From: a virus
IMG/VR virus record: IMGVR_UViG_3300045988_004527
Coordinates: 1 to 6,021 of that record
DNA length: 6,021 bases
Strand: one strand, 5' to 3'
This document shows positions 5,461 to 6,021 of this stretch, piece by piece. Position 1 is the stretch's first letter, and the number at the start of each line of letters is the position of its first letter. Under the pieces are notes generated by a model. The model was not told the origin of the DNA. It saw nothing but the letters and a program-made list of their open reading frames with translations, and searched no databases. Both the position numbers and the translations under genes were made by a program.

Positions 5461-5700
5461 ATGGCAGCAACAAAATTTAGCGTAATCACAACAGGTGATA
5501 AACCATCATTTCACATCTGTGTTAAAGAACTACCAGGAGTACACACCTACAAAGTAGCAGTAACAGTAGCAAAAGCACTCACGCAAGAAATTGAAGGAGA
5601 GCAAATAATAGCAGTAGTAGAATCATGGAAATTATATCCTAACGAAAATGAAAAAACCAAAAAGAAAGACAAAATGGATGATACTGAACAAGGAATTTAA
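5461..5700 (+). CDS. Hypothetical 79-aa protein
   Basis: ATG ORF coupled to the upstream stop through the TAATTATG junction. No recognisable motif. Lys-rich acidic tail. Confidence 0.6.
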   Translation: MAATKFSVITTGDKPSFHICVKELPGVHTYKVAVTVAKALTQEIEGEQIIAVVESWKLYPNENEKTKKKDKMDDTEQGI

Positions 5701-5902
5701 TACATTCAAGGCGTTCAAAGCATTCGCTTGGTATAATTTATTACCGGGAGAAGTAACAATAGGGGTCGAATTATTCGAAGATACGATTTACAAAGAATAT
5801 AAACTAACTAAAAAAGAAAGGAGGTTAATAATAGAAAAAACTTATGACATGTGGGAAGAACACCTACAACAATTAGAAAATTTACAACTTAAATTATTTT
5901 AA
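5648..5902 (+). CDS. Hypothetical 84-aa protein with a basic N-terminus (MKKPKRKTKW); alternative start ATG 5678 gives 74 aa
   Basis: The ORF overlaps the previous gene by 53 nt (23 nt if it starts at 5678). Out-of-frame overlaps are common in Microviridae. The start codon is uncertain. Confidence 0.5.
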   Translation: MKKPKRKTKWMILNKEFNTFKAFKAFAWYNLLPGEVTIGVELFEDTIYKEYKLTKKERRLIIEKTYDMWEEHLQQLENLQLKLF

Positions 5903-5904
5903 AC

Positions 5905-6021
5905 ATGAAAATTACAGGTAATCAATGGGTAGAAATTATCCGAGCAATCTCAACGGCAATCATAGCAATAATCACAACACTATGTGTACAGAGTTGTACA
6001 ATGAGTTTAAGCGTAGCGAAA
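5905..6021 (+). CDS. 5' part of the junction-spanning 67-aa lipoprotein-like ORF (continues at base 56 of the unit, stop 140-142)
   Basis: ATG 5905-5907 lies 2 nt after the previous stop. The N-terminus has a charged n-region, the hydrophobic core AISTAIIAIITTL, then VQSC (a lipobox-like Cys), followed by a polar Asn/Ser/Thr-rich tail. Confidence 0.6.
   Translation, partial: MKITGNQWVEIIRAISTAIIAIITTLCVQSCTMSLSVAK
5967..6021. repeat. Second copy of the 55-nt terminal overlap (identical to 1-55)
   Basis: Exact identity checked by eye. Confidence 0.9.

Noticed and set aside
5648-5700. Programmed frameshift fusing the 79-aa and 84-aa ORFs at the A-rich tracts (aaaaaacc, ccaaaaag).
   Set aside because: The downstream frame is +1 relative to the upstream one, not -1. 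No X XXY YYZ slippery heptamer with a downstream structure is evident. Independent ATG starts exist at 5648 and 5678.
5762-5780. tRNA T-arm-like GGTCGAAT and a TCGAA/tta/TTCGA mini-hairpin.
   Set aside because: It lies inside a coding ORF with no acceptor, D or anticodon arms around it. I found no tRNA cloverleaf anywhere in the window, and no CRISPR-like spaced repeats either.

Overview
The window is one complete circular ssDNA Microviridae genome. Bases 1-55 are identical to 5967-6021, so the unit length is 5,966 nt and the duplication looks like a circular-contig assembly overlap. All credible genes are on the + strand and tightly packed. The three hallmark genes are recognisable from motifs: major capsid protein VP1 (394-2343, 649 aa), DNA pilot protein VP2 (2869-3897) and the HUH rolling-circle replication initiator VP4 (3900-4898). 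The rest is a run of small ORFans: 44, 79, 84, 67 (split across the circular junction), 80 and 102 aa. A canonical Bacteroidetes-type promoter (TTTG, 19 nt, TAnnTTTG) sits at 5266-5296. Together with the large VP1, the VP1-VP2-VP4 gene order and the mostly Shine-Dalgarno-less, A-rich start contexts, this suggests an Alpavirinae-like microvirus of a Bacteroidetes host. That placement is inference, not a database result. The most unusual content is non-coding. First, a roughly 300-nt GC-rich, hairpin-dense island (4921-5221, about 54% GC by hand count against roughly one third elsewhere) lies downstream of VP4. Second, this island is bordered on the left by an AT-rich segment carrying an exact 10-mer of the phiX174 origin core. 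Third, it is bordered on the right by a dif/XerD-arm-like motif in tandem. Fourth, a second structured intergenic region (2667-2868) has a stem enclosing the only G-run cluster in the genome. A junction-spanning 67-aa lipoprotein-like ORF is a candidate lysis or superinfection-exclusion factor. No tRNA, rRNA, CRISPR array, integrase or transposase is visible. All protein assignments rest on remembered family motifs; no searches were run.
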